64,000 nucleotides of DNA from Deltaproteobacteria bacterium. GTDB taxonomy: Bacteria > Myxococcota_A > Polyangia > Polyangiales > Houyiibacteriaceae. The stretch covers positions 28,876 through 92,875 of the forward strand of contig JAXMNT010000031.1 in the NCBI GenBank assembly GCA_034670305.1. Reading direction: 5' to 3'. Within the stretch, counting starts at the first letter, position 1, and each line of letters begins with the position of its first letter. Positions 32,928 to 42,362 of this stretch are shown here, in pieces. Under the pieces are notes generated by a model. That model did not search any database. It worked only from the letters and a program-made list of their open reading frames with translations, and was not told the DNA's origin. Both the position numbers and the translations under genes were made by a program.

Positions 32928-34118
32928 GTGCAGCGCGTGCACAGGTTGCTGACATCGGCCAAGCGGCGGCGTCGCGTGATGGGCGCGGTGTGGCTCGGTG
33001 CGCTTGGTGTCTTCGGCGTGTTCGCGACCGATGTCGGCGCGCGTCCGGTGCCCACGGGACGCTTCGTCGAGATCCCCTTCGGGGTCTCGGTGCAGCATCC
33101 GTCGCGGACCGGAGGCGTCGACGCGCAGCGGTCGTGGCGCACCGACGCCCGACTTCCCGAACGCGCACCCACCGAACTGTGGCGGGCGAGGGTGGGGCTC
33201 GGCCGGGCGACGACCCCGGCGATCGCGCAGGACGGCACCGCGTTCTTCGGCACGGTCAGTGGCCTCAGCGCGCTGACGTCGGAAGGGGCCGTGCGCTGGG
33301 CGCTTCCGCTCGGTGTCGTCAACGCCACCCCGTCGCTTCGGCCGGATGGCAGCGTCGCGGTCGCGCTCGGACACGGGCAGTTGGTCTTCGTCGGTGCCGG
33401 CGGGGCGGGCAGCCGCGTGCCTTTGGCCGGCGCTTCGTGGGGATCACCGCTGGTGCTCGACGACGGCTCGGTGGTCGTGGGTTCCGGGACCATCCTGCAG
33501 CGCGTGGACGCGGACGGCCGGTCCATGTTCCGGGTGTCGCTGAGTGAGAACCTCACCGGCACCGCCGCCCTCAGCGGAGAGTTCGTCGTGGTTCCGGTCG
33601 GCGCGTCGCTGCACTGGGTCGGGCTGAGCGGGCAACCGCGACGCGTGGTCGAGCTCGGCGCGAACATCGCGGCCGGACCGTCGATCAACCGCGACGGTGA
33701 AGCGTGGGTGCTCACCCACGACGGCCAACTGATTCGGGTCACCGAGAGCGGTCGCATCGCCGTGCGCACAGTGCTCGACGGAGTGCGGGGATCCCCGGCG
33801 ACCAACCTCGCGATCGCGCCGGACGGTTCGGTTCGTTTCGGCACACTGACCACGGGGCTCCTCAACGTGAGTGCCGACGGCGTCGAGCGCTGGCGCTTCG
33901 AACGGCCCGACGCACAAATCTCCGGGCCGGTCGTCGTGGACGCGGACGGACATGCGCTGACGGTGGAACCGGGCGGGGACCTCATCGCGGTCGGTGCGGA
34001 CGGATCGCTTCGCTGGGCCATTCCGCTCGAGGCCCGCGTGGACGTCGCGCCGGCCGTCGCCGCCGACGGAACGATCTACGTCTCCTTCGTCCAAGGCGAA
34101 GTCCACGCCTTTCGGTAG
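32928..34118 (+). CDS. PQQ-binding-like beta-propeller protein (BamB-like)
   Basis: Repeated P.(I/V)..DG...G..A...G..RW blades. Confidence 0.8.
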   Translation: MQRVHRLLTSAKRRRRVMGAVWLGALGVFGVFATDVGARPVPTGRFVEIPFGVSVQHPSRTGGVDAQRSWRTDARLPERAPTELWRARVGLGRATTPAIAQDGTAFFGTVSGLSALTSEGAVRWALPLGVVNATPSLRPDGSVAVALGHGQLVFVGAGGAGSRVPLAGASWGSPLVLDDGSVVVGSGTILQRVDADGRSMFRVSLSENLTGTAALSGEFVVVPVGASLHWVGLSGQPRRVVELGANIAAGPSINRDGEAWVLTHDGQLIRVTESGRIAVRTVLDGVRGSPATNLAIAPDGSVRFGTLTTGLLNVSADGVERWRFERPDAQISGPVVVDADGHALTVEPGGDLIAVGADGSLRWAIPLEARVDVAPAVAADGTIYVSFVQGEVHAFR

Positions 34119-34198
34119 GCGTGGACTTTCGTGGGGGGCCGCTCTCATCGGTATGCTCGACGGGGGTCCGCGGGGCGAGGATGGTAGGTTGCGCGCAC

Positions 34199-35233
34199 AT
34201 GACCGACTCAAGTGACCTCCCACCCAACACGTTCTTCATCGAAGTATCCGGTTCCGGACTTCCCGAAGTGGACGGCCTCTTCGTCCCGTCCACGGCACCT
34301 CCGGTGGAATCGGAATCGGGGACGGTCTCGAGCCTTGGCTACTGGAACGAGCGCATGGCGTGGGACCGAGCCGACGGGAAGTGCGCCCGAAGCCCCGCCA
34401 TCTCGTACTCGCAGACCTACCAGTCCTGGAGGATCTGCCGGCTCGACGGGCACCTTGCCTACGACGCGACGTGCGAAGACGAGATGCCGCCGACGGACCG
34501 GGAGTGGCACGTCTACAAGAAGGGCTTGGCCCCTGCGCCCAAGGTGACTCTGCACTACATCGACCCGAGACTGCCGTGCCCCGCGCCAAACGTCGTGTTC
34601 GTCCTGGGCGGTCCCGGTGCCGGCAAAGGAACGATGTGTGAGCTGGCCGAGACGCAGCTCGGCTGGACGCATCTGTCGACCGGCAACCTCCTTCGTGAGG
34701 AGCGCGAGAAGGGAGGCGCGACCACGGCAACCATCGCTGAGTTCATCGCAGCCGGCAAACTCGTCCCCAACGAGATCGTCGTCACGCTGCTCAAGAACGC
34801 GATGGAGACCGTGACGAGGACGACGGGAAAGAACAACTTCCTGCTCGATGGGTTTCCGCGCTCGCTCAACAACCTCGACGGCTGGTACGAGATCTTCGGC
34901 CGCGACGCGGAGCTGCCCAAGATGTTGTACTTCGAGTGCCCCTACGAAGTGCTCGAACAGCGCATCTTGGGGCGCGCCAAGTTCTCCGGACGAACCGACG
35001 ACAACGTCGAGAGCATGAAGCTCCGGTTCGACACCTTCAAAGAAGAGACCCTGCCCACCGTCGAGCTCTTCACCAGCAAGAACAAGTGCACCAACATCGA
35101 CACGAGCCAAGACCGCGAGACGGTCTACGCCACGGTGAAGGACCATCTCGAGGAGTACACGGACGCGCGGTTCGTCGACAAGCCGCTCACCGAACGCTCC
35201 GAACAGCTCCTCGGTCTGCGCGCATGGAAGTAG
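34199..35233 (+). CDS. UMP-CMP/adenylate kinase family protein with ~125-aa N-terminal extension
   Basis: VVFVLGGPGAGKGT, HLSTGNLLR, FLLDGFPRS, GRTDDN.ES...RF. Confidence 0.9.
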   Translation: MTDSSDLPPNTFFIEVSGSGLPEVDGLFVPSTAPPVESESGTVSSLGYWNERMAWDRADGKCARSPAISYSQTYQSWRICRLDGHLAYDATCEDEMPPTDREWHVYKKGLAPAPKVTLHYIDPRLPCPAPNVVFVLGGPGAGKGTMCELAETQLGWTHLSTGNLLREEREKGGATTATIAEFIAAGKLVPNEIVVTLLKNAMETVTRTTGKNNFLLDGFPRSLNNLDGWYEIFGRDAELPKMLYFECPYEVLEQRILGRAKFSGRTDDNVESMKLRFDTFKEETLPTVELFTSKNKCTNIDTSQDRETVYATVKDHLEEYTDARFVDKPLTERSEQLLGLRAWK

Positions 35234-36009
35234 ACACGGAGCCGTCGAAACGAGACCTGCCAAGGGGTCCGAACTTCGGTCGGACGCAACCATGCGCGCT
35301 CCACGTGCTTCTCGTCCTCTGTGTATTCGGCTGCGGTAGCGGTGGTTCGGAGCTCGATGGGGAGGCCACGAGTCAGCGTCCGCCGGAGGCTTCTGAAGGG
35401 AGTGAGGAGGCGGTCGTTCCCGTCCCCGAGGGCGAGCAGTTTCTCGAGCAGCTTCCGACTGTCATCGCGTCTCGGGTTCGCGACGCCTGCGCGCGGTCGC
35501 TGGCGACGCAATGGATGTCCTGCGCGCTTCCGGCTGCCGTGGAGTCGGTTGGAGAGGCATCGTCGGGGCTCGACGAACGAGCCCATTTGTCGCACCAGGT
35601 TTCCGCAGCCCTTCGAGCGCAGCTTGGTTCATCATCGCTACCACGAGAGTTGCGACTGTTGGCGTTGTACGAGGAGGCGCGCGTCTACGACAACCTGGCC
35701 CCGTCGGCGGCCGAGTACGAAGCGTCTCCTGCAGCAAACCCGGAGTCGGTGCGCGAAGAGGATGTCCTGGAGCAGTCCGGCACGCCGGAGCAAGCTGCGA
35801 TGCCAACAAACGTTATCGAGTGCTTTGCCGCGAGCAGATATCTCCTGGTTTGGCGCGCAGCGAGCGCTGCTCGACTCCGTGCACCCTTCGTTGCCAACAC
35901 CCGGCGCCGGCTCCGTGAACTGGGCGAGGAGCGGTTGACCGAGTGCGCCGAACACGCTGGGCAAGCGGATCCCTCGTTTGAGCCCTTTGATCCATCTGAG
36001 CTCGATTGA
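35224..36009 (+). CDS. Hypothetical protein (possible lipoprotein)
   Basis: LLVLCVFGC lipobox-like segment; atypical codon usage; start uncertain. Confidence 0.4.
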   Translation: MEVDTEPSKRDLPRGPNFGRTQPCALHVLLVLCVFGCGSGGSELDGEATSQRPPEASEGSEEAVVPVPEGEQFLEQLPTVIASRVRDACARSLATQWMSCALPAAVESVGEASSGLDERAHLSHQVSAALRAQLGSSSLPRELRLLALYEEARVYDNLAPSAAEYEASPAANPESVREEDVLEQSGTPEQAAMPTNVIECFAASRYLLVWRAASAARLRAPFVANTRRRLRELGEERLTECAEHAGQADPSFEPFDPSELD

Positions 36010-36030
36010 GGACGAACCTCACGGGCCGGC

Positions 36031-37200
36031 TTACGTCGTAGGCGGGCCGACTTCGTCGCCGTCGCGCATCGCGTCGGCGGTCTGTTTCGACCACTGGGCG
36101 TAGTCCCCGGCTGCGATGTGGGCGCGGGCGCCGGCGACGAGTTCGCCGTAGAACGAGAGGTTGTGTTCGGTGATGAGCCGGTGGCCCAGCAGCTCGTCGC
36201 ACTTCACCAGATGCCGGATGTACGACCGGCTGTACTGCGCGCAGACGGGGCAACCACAGACGGTGTCGATGGGGCCGTCGTCTTCTTTGTGGCGCGCCTG
36301 GCGGAGGTTCACGCGGCCGTGCCAGGTGAGCGCTTGCCCGTTTCGCGCGTTGCGCGTTGGGAGCACGCAGTCGAAGAGATCGATGCCCGCGCCGATGGCG
36401 TGCAGAAGATCGAACGGGGTGCCGACGCCCATCAAGTAGCGCGGTTTGTCCTGGGGCATCTCGTGCGCGATCGCATCGAGCAGCTCGTACATGCGCGGGA
36501 TCGGTTCGCCGACCGAGAAGCCGCCGAGCGCGACACCATCGACGTCGAGCGCTGCGATGTCGGCGAGGTGACTTCGCCGCAGGTCTTCGAACGTCGCGCC
36601 TTGCACGATGCCAAACCGCGCTTGTCCTTCGGCGGCCGGTTCCGCGAGGGAGCGCGCCGCCCACGCGGTGGTCTTGCGCATCGCGTCTTCCACCTGGCTG
36701 CGTTCGGCTTCGCCGGGCGGGCACACGTCCAGCACCATCGCGATCGTGGATCGCAGCAGCCGCTGCACCCGCATGGACTCCTCCGGGGTGAGCCGCTTCT
36801 TGGCGCCGTCGAGGTGCGACCGGAACGTGACTCCGTCGTCGTCGATCTTGTTCATGTGCGCCAGGCTGAAGACTTGGAATCCGCCGCTGTCGGTGAGGAG
36901 CGCGTGCGGCCAATTCATGAACTCGGTGATGCCGCCGCGACGGTCGATGAGCTCCGCGCCGGGCCGCAGCCAGAGGTGGTACGTGTTCGCCAGGATGAGG
37001 CGGGCCCCCGTGGCTTCGACTTCGGCAGGCGTCAGGCCCTTCACGGTGCCGTACGTGCCGACGGGCATGAACGTCGGTGTCTGGACGGCGGCGCGCGGCG
37101 TGGTGAAGGTCCCGGTGCGCGCGTGCCCGTCCTGCGCGGTCTGCTCGAAGAAGAACCCTTCGGTCGGCAGAGCGGTGCCGGACGTCGTCGTCGCCGTCAT
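36031..37200 (-). CDS. tgt: tRNA-guanine transglycosylase
   Basis: TPTFMPVGT, LANTYHL, TDSGGFQV, FGIVQG, PRYLMGVG, FDCVLPTRNAR, CGCPVC. Confidence 0.97.
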   Translation of the reverse strand: MTATTTSGTALPTEGFFFEQTAQDGHARTGTFTTPRAAVQTPTFMPVGTYGTVKGLTPAEVEATGARLILANTYHLWLRPGAELIDRRGGITEFMNWPHALLTDSGGFQVFSLAHMNKIDDDGVTFRSHLDGAKKRLTPEESMRVQRLLRSTIAMVLDVCPPGEAERSQVEDAMRKTTAWAARSLAEPAAEGQARFGIVQGATFEDLRRSHLADIAALDVDGVALGGFSVGEPIPRMYELLDAIAHEMPQDKPRYLMGVGTPFDLLHAIGAGIDLFDCVLPTRNARNGQALTWHGRVNLRQARHKEDDGPIDTVCGCPVCAQYSRSYIRHLVKCDELLGHRLITEHNLSFYGELVAGARAHIAAGDYAQWSKQTADAMRDGDEVGPPTT

Positions 37201-38255
37201 GGTCGGTGCTTCGGGCTGCGGCGGATCAACATCGCGTCTCCGTAGCTGAAGAACCGGTACTGCGCTTCTACCGCGTGCCGGTACGCCGCCCGGATGGTGT
37301 CGGTGCCGCCGAGCGCCATCACCAGCGCGAGCAGCGTCGAACGCGGCAGGTGGAAGTTGGTGAGCACGTGGTCGACCACGCTCGGCTCGTAGGGCGGGCG
37401 AATGAAGAGCTTCGTGCGCCCGGAACCCGCCAACGAACCGCGTTCCGCTCGACCTGCGTGTGCGCTCTCGAGCGTGCGGACCACGGTGGTGCCAACGGCA
37501 ACCACCGGACGACCGGCGGCCCGGGCCGCCTCGATCGCGCGCGCGGCTTCTTCGCCGACGGCCCAGCGCTCTTCGTGCATCTCGTGCGCGTCGAGCGTGT
37601 CCACGCCGACCGGCCGAAACGTGCCCGCGCCCACGTGCAGCAACACCCGCGCGAAGGTGTGTCCCGCGGCCTTCATGCGCTCCACGAGCGCGTCGGTGAA
37701 GTGCAGTCCCGCGGTCGGTGCTGCCACCGCGCCCGGTTCGCTGGCGAAGATGGTCTGGTAGCGCTCCGGGTCGAACGCCGGGTCGTGGGCGCGCCGGATG
37801 TACGGCGGCAGCGGCATCTCTCCGAGTTGCTCGATCGCCGCGTCCACGTCGTCTCCGCGGAGTTCGACTTCGATCGTCCCGTCCTCTCGACGGCTCAGCA
37901 CGGTCGCGTTCAGCGCGCTGGAGAACGCCACCACTTGGCCGGGTTTGAGCTTCTTGCTGGTCCGCCCCATTGCGTGCCACCGCTGGGAAGCGACACTTCG
38001 ATGCAGCCGCTCGAGGAGGAGAATCTCCACCGCGCCTCCCGTAGGCTTGACCCCCCGCAACCGCGCCGGCAGCACCCGGGTCTCGTTGACCACGAAAAGC
38101 GAAGGCGGAAGCAACTCGGGCAGGTCGACGATGTGCGCGTCTTGGTGGCCGGTGTCTTGGTCGACCACGAGCAGCCGCGCGCCATCGCGCGCTTCGGACG
38201 GGACCTGCGCGATGAGTTCGTCCGGCAAGTCGTAGTCGAGTTCGTCCGTACGCAT
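37197..38255 (-). CDS. queA: S-adenosylmethionine:tRNA ribosyltransferase-isomerase
   Basis: DYDLPDELIAQ, PLPPYI, YQTIFA..GAVAAPTAGLHF, HVGAGTF, TNFHLPRSTL, YRFFSYGDAM. Confidence 0.97.
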   Translation of the reverse strand: MRTDELDYDLPDELIAQVPSEARDGARLLVVDQDTGHQDAHIVDLPELLPPSLFVVNETRVLPARLRGVKPTGGAVEILLLERLHRSVASQRWHAMGRTSKKLKPGQVVAFSSALNATVLSRREDGTIEVELRGDDVDAAIEQLGEMPLPPYIRRAHDPAFDPERYQTIFASEPGAVAAPTAGLHFTDALVERMKAAGHTFARVLLHVGAGTFRPVGVDTLDAHEMHEERWAVGEEAARAIEAARAAGRPVVAVGTTVVRTLESAHAGRAERGSLAGSGRTKLFIRPPYEPSVVDHVLTNFHLPRSTLLALVMALGGTDTIRAAYRHAVEAQYRFFSYGDAMLIRRSPKHRP

Positions 38256-38394
38256 CGGCCGTGCGCGGTACGACAGCGTCCGCCAAGGAGCAAGCAGCGG
38301 CCGACGAGTGTCCTGGCCGGCTTCTGGACGAATGCACCAAGCCGCCGGACGAATGGACAAAGCCGACCCCCACTATTCGCCCCACCGTAGGAGC

Positions 38395-39198
38395 ATGACT
38401 CGACTCACCGGACTCTGGACCCTCTCTCTACTCTCCCTGTCGCCGCTCATGCTCGCCGCATGCGACGACGACGGGGTCACGCCCGACGACGCCGGAGACC
38501 TGGCCGATGCGATCGTCGACGACGCCACCATGGACGACGCAGGCGTAGACGACCGGCGGTTCGTCGCGCTCGTCCGCGGCACGCTCTTCACGGACGACCT
38601 CGCGATGGCGCAGGCCCGTCACGACATGCTGGCGGTGGGCGGCGAATCTGCGGCGCGCGACGCGGGCGACACCGGCCACGACGCCATGCTCGGCACGACC
38701 CTGCTCGGCACGACCGAGAACGCGTTCGTCGGGCTCGACCAGTGGAACTCGCTGACCGGCATGACCACTTTCTACGACAACCCGGACTTCGCCGAAGCGT
38801 TCGGCATGCTCTTCGACGGCGCGCCGAACCTCGAGTTCTTCCAGACCGCTGGATTTCATCAGTGGGGCGACCTGGCCTCGGGCGACGCGGGCGGCGACCA
38901 CGTCTTCGTGGTGGTGCGCGGACGGCTCGCCGAAGCGGACCTCGACGCAGCGCGTATGGCCCACGACGCAGTCGCCGCGGGCGGCGAAGAGATGGTCCGA
39001 GCCGCAGGAGACGTGGCCCACGTCGCGTTCGTCGGCCTGACCGACACCCAGGAGTTCTTCGCGATCGACATCTGGAACGACACGACCAACCTCGAAGCGG
39101 TCTACACGGACCCGGACTTCCAGATGGCGTTCGGGTCGCTCTTCTCCGCGCCCCCCACCATCGCCGTGCACGCCTCCACCGAGTGGCACCAGTGGTGA
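38395..39198 (+). CDS. Lipoprotein with two tandem dimeric alpha-beta barrel-like domains
   Basis: RBS AGGAG; lipobox LAAC; internal duplication (VRG.L..D...A...HD....GGE......GD..H...D.W.....Y..PDF..AFG.LF..P). Confidence 0.75.
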   Translation: MTRLTGLWTLSLLSLSPLMLAACDDDGVTPDDAGDLADAIVDDATMDDAGVDDRRFVALVRGTLFTDDLAMAQARHDMLAVGGESAARDAGDTGHDAMLGTTLLGTTENAFVGLDQWNSLTGMTTFYDNPDFAEAFGMLFDGAPNLEFFQTAGFHQWGDLASGDAGGDHVFVVVRGRLAEADLDAARMAHDAVAAGGEEMVRAAGDVAHVAFVGLTDTQEFFAIDIWNDTTNLEAVYTDPDFQMAFGSLFSAPPTIAVHASTEWHQW

Positions 39199-39560
39199 GC
39201 CCCGTGGCCGACTTCGGACGCAACATGAAGGTCACGCTCGGCGCGTCCCGCCGGGCGGCCTGGACCGCGATGATGACGGAGGCCTTCGGCGCATCCTTCG
39301 CCGATCCGATGCCCTCGATGCGCATCTTCACGCTGACGGACGGGTTCTCGCTCGGCGCTCAGTTCATCGAGGACGGCGGCGCCCTCACCGTCGAGCAGAG
39401 CTTCCTCGCGCCTTGGCTCGAGTTCCGCGTGCCCGACCTCGAGGCCACCAGCGCGGTCCTCGCGAAGCTCGGCGTCGAAAGCTTCGAGTACGTGGACGCC
39501 ACCCACACCTACTACCGGGCGCCGGGCGGGCTCGTCTTCCGGCTCGCTTCGTCCGCGTAG
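39195..39560 (+). CDS. Small VOC/glyoxalase-like protein
   Basis: GTGA overlap with the upstream gene; WLEFRVPDL...LAKLGV...YYRAPGGLVFRL resembles a VOC C-terminus. Confidence 0.55.
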   Translation: MSPVADFGRNMKVTLGASRRAAWTAMMTEAFGASFADPMPSMRIFTLTDGFSLGAQFIEDGGALTVEQSFLAPWLEFRVPDLEATSAVLAKLGVESFEYVDATHTYYRAPGGLVFRLASSA

Positions 39561-39574
39561 GGATCGGGCGTACC

Positions 39575-40516
39575 ATGGCATCGATGGACGGCCTCAGCGA
39601 GATCCTCCGGGCCGGGCGGCTCCGGAGCACGGTGTTCTCCCGTGCGGTGCTCGGAGAGCCGTGGGGTGTCGACAGCGGCGAGCTTCGGAGCGGCGTCTTT
39701 CACGCGGTCGTCGAGGGGCGCGCCTGGCTCACCTTGCCGGACGCCGCGCCGCTCGAGTTGCCGCAGGGCGCCGCGGTGTTCCTGCCCCACCGGACCCGCC
39801 ATGTCATGTCCAGTGCGCCGGGTTTGTCGGGGCGTTCAGCGCGCGAGCTGACGATGCGGGAGGAGCGCGGCGGGGTGCCCACCCTGGTGGTCGACGGCGG
39901 CGGCCGCCTCACTCGGCTCATCTGCGGCAGCATCCGCTTCGCCCACTCGGAGGCGCATCCATTGCTCTCCGTGTTGCCCCGTGCGATCTCGGTGAAGCCC
40001 GCCCCGGACAACGCCGCGTGGCTCGAAGCGACCCTTCGACTCATCGAACACGAACTCACCGCCGCGCAGCCGGGCGCATCGACCCTGGTGGCGCGCCTCT
40101 CCGATGTGTTGCTCGTCAACGCCATCCGGCACTGGGTGGTGGAGCACGCGTTCGAAGAAGGAAGCGGCTGGGTCCGCGGCCTCACCGATCCGCGCGTGGC
40201 CCGCGCGCTCGGCTGCGTGCACCGCGACCCTGCGCAACCGTGGACCGTCGACACCCTCGCGCGCCGCTCCGGCATGAGCCGCTCCGGGTTCGCGGCGCGC
40301 TTCGCGGAGCTGGTCGGCGAATCCCCCGCCCGCTACCTCACCCGCTGGCGTATGCACCTCGCCGCCCAAGCGCTGCGCGAGTGCGGCGACTCGATGGCGA
40401 CGATCGCCGAGTCGGTCGGCTACAGCTCCGAGCACGCATTCGCGAAAGCGTTCAAGCGCACCCTCGGCGTCACGCCGGGCGCCTTCCGCGTCGACCCCGC
40501 CCAACTCCCATCCTGA
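39575..40516 (+). CDS. AraC family transcriptional regulator with cupin_6 sensor (RclR-like)
   Basis: MDGLSEIL, FHAVVEG, PWTVDTLA..GMSRSGFA..F...GESP..YL..WRM, GYSSEHAF.KAFKR. Confidence 0.92.
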   Translation: MASMDGLSEILRAGRLRSTVFSRAVLGEPWGVDSGELRSGVFHAVVEGRAWLTLPDAAPLELPQGAAVFLPHRTRHVMSSAPGLSGRSARELTMREERGGVPTLVVDGGGRLTRLICGSIRFAHSEAHPLLSVLPRAISVKPAPDNAAWLEATLRLIEHELTAAQPGASTLVARLSDVLLVNAIRHWVVEHAFEEGSGWVRGLTDPRVARALGCVHRDPAQPWTVDTLARRSGMSRSGFAARFAELVGESPARYLTRWRMHLAAQALRECGDSMATIAESVGYSSEHAFAKAFKRTLGVTPGAFRVDPAQLPS

Positions 40517-40518
40517 GA

Positions 40519-40654
40519 CAAGCGGAAGCGGAAGCGGAAGCGAAAGCGAAAGCGGAAGCGGAAGCGGAAGCGGAAGCGGAAGCGGAAGCGGAAGCGGAAG
40601 CGGAAGCGGAAGCGGAGCGGAACGGCATCGGCGTCGGCATCGGCATCGGCATCG
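40519..40654. repeat. Intergenic (AAGCGG)n then (GGCATC)n hexamer arrays
   Basis: Directly visible. Confidence 0.95.
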
Positions 40655-40672
40655 CCTGCTACAGTCTCCCGC

Positions 40673-41623
40673 GTGAAAGCAGTTCAGTTCGATGGTGCGC
40701 AGGTCATTCTCTCCGACGTCCCGCGGCCCGAGGTTCCAAGCGACCACGCGCTCGTGCGCGTGTCCCTCGCCGGGGTCTGCAACACGGACCTGGAGATCGT
40801 GCGCGGGTACATGGGGTTCGAAGGCACCCTCGGCCACGAGTTCGTCGGCGTGGTCCACGAGTGCGAAGACAAGTCGTGGCTCGGTCGCCGGGTGTGCGGC
40901 GACATCAACTTCGCGTGCCGAACGTGCGCCGTGTGCGCCGCGGGCGACTTCCACCACTGCCCCAGCCGAACCGTGCTCGGCATCCTCGCTGCACCCGGTG
41001 CGTTCGCGGAGTACGTCTCGGTGCCGGTCGCGAACCTCTACCCGGTGGAGGAACAGGTCGAGGACAGCCAGGCCGTGTTCGTCGAACCGCTCGCCGCGGC
41101 GTTCGAGATTCTGACCCAGGTCGAGGTGACCCAGTCGACGCGCGTCTTGGTGCTGGGCGACGGCAAACTCGGCTTGCTCTGCGCGATGGCGCTGGCCACC
41201 GAGACCTCGGCGCTCACCGTGCTCGGCCGCCACGCACGCAAACTCGACCTCGTGGACTCGATCGCGCGCACCACCGTCGACCCGGCGGAGCTGGCGGACG
41301 AACCCTTCGATCTGGTCGTCGAAGCCACCGGCTCGGCCGCGGGGTTGAATGCCGCGCTCGATCGGGTGCGGCCCCGCGGGACCATCGTGCTCAAGAGCAC
41401 CTTCGCCGAACCCCCTGCGTTCGACACCAACCGCCTCGTCATCGACGAAGTCACGCTGCTCGGCTCCCGGTGCGGCCCCTTCGACCGCGCGCTTCAGGCG
41501 CTCGCCGACAACGAAGTGGATCCGCGCCCGCTGGTGGATGACTCCTTCGCGCTCGAAGACGGGCCCGCAGCGGTCGCGCGGGCGGCCAAGCGCGGGACGC
41601 TGAAGATTCTGTTGCGTCCGTAG
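40673..41623 (+). CDS. Zn-dependent alcohol dehydrogenase family protein
   Basis: GVCNTD, GHEFVG, CRTC..C....HC, GDGKLG, GSRCGP. Confidence 0.93.
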   Translation: MKAVQFDGAQVILSDVPRPEVPSDHALVRVSLAGVCNTDLEIVRGYMGFEGTLGHEFVGVVHECEDKSWLGRRVCGDINFACRTCAVCAAGDFHHCPSRTVLGILAAPGAFAEYVSVPVANLYPVEEQVEDSQAVFVEPLAAAFEILTQVEVTQSTRVLVLGDGKLGLLCAMALATETSALTVLGRHARKLDLVDSIARTTVDPAELADEPFDLVVEATGSAAGLNAALDRVRPRGTIVLKSTFAEPPAFDTNRLVIDEVTLLGSRCGPFDRALQALADNEVDPRPLVDDSFALEDGPAAVARAAKRGTLKILLRP

Positions 41624-41689
41624 AGAGAACTTTGAAGTGGGCGGTGCGCGAGGGGGCGCGACGCTGAAGTCGACTTCGACCGACTTCGA

Positions 41690-41775
41690 CCGACAGTGAC
41701 AGCGGCAGAGACAGCGGCAGAGTCAGCGGCAGAGACAGCGTCAGCGGCAGAGTCAGCAGCAGCAACAGCAACAGC
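41690..41775. repeat. Purine-rich 12-bp/6-bp repeat tract (CAGCGGCAGAGA)n
   Basis: Directly visible. Confidence 0.9.
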
Positions 41776-41776
41776 T

Positions 41777-41995
41777 TGAAGCCTCTTCCTTCGGAAAATC
41801 GGCTCCCTTCAATCCTTCGGATTTCGGGAACACCCTACTCGGGGTGGGCTTGCTGGCTCGGCGGCAATTCTATCGTGGCGGAGTGCTCGCCTGCGTAAAG
41901 GGTGGCCTGCGGCCCCCAGCCTTCGGAAGGCTGGCTTCGCCCTTGACCCAGGCTCCGCTCTCCACCGGGGGCGCTTCGCGCCGCCGAGCAATTTC
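41777..41995. other. Multi-hairpin structured non-coding element upstream of the four-helix-bundle gene
   Basis: Stems 41856-41865/41980-41989, 41916-41934, 41811-41823, 41786-41796 and 41970-41982. Confidence 0.7.
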
Positions 41996-42025
41996 GCTCT
42001 GGTGTGTGGCGCGTTGGAGGCTCTG

Positions 42026-42337
42026 ATGATTGTTCTCGAATCTAGTTTTGTTCTCGTTGGTGAGTTGCGCGGGGTGCTGGCGGCTGTTTCTCGCAAGGAC
42101 CGTTCGCTGGGTGAGCAGATGCGGCGGGCGGCTCAGTCCGTTGTTCTGAACTGCGCGGAAGCGAAGAACGCTCGCGGGAAGCGGAGCGTGGATAGGTTTT
42201 CCATTGCCTACGGTGAGGCGAGCGAGCTGAAGGCGGCTCTTCGGTTGGTGCGGCTGTTTGGGTACGCAGACGTGAGCGAAGAGGTGTTCGGTCGCTGCGA
42301 TGAGGTCTGCGCGATGTTGTACCGGTTGAGTCGCTAG
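42026..42337 (+). CDS. Four helix bundle protein (23S rRNA IVS / Avd-like family)
   Basis: RBS GGAGG; DRSLGEQMRRAAQSVVLNCAEA...RF.IAYGEASEL..AL motif; T-rich third codon positions unlike neighbouring genes. Confidence 0.85.
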   Translation: MIVLESSFVLVGELRGVLAAVSRKDRSLGEQMRRAAQSVVLNCAEAKNARGKRSVDRFSIAYGEASELKAALRLVRLFGYADVSEEVFGRCDEVCAMLYRLSR

Positions 42338-42362
42338 AGCGGCGCGAGGCCCGCGCGAGTCG

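Noticed and set aside
29243-34021. Very long antisense ORFs (also 13414-17505, 50174-54034, 19362-22091, 59420-62089)
   Set aside because: Shadow frames of real genes in high-GC DNA, with no recognisable motifs
42026-42337. Diversity-generating retroelement suggested by the Avd-like protein
   Set aside because: No reverse transcriptase and no TR/VR pair were seen in the window
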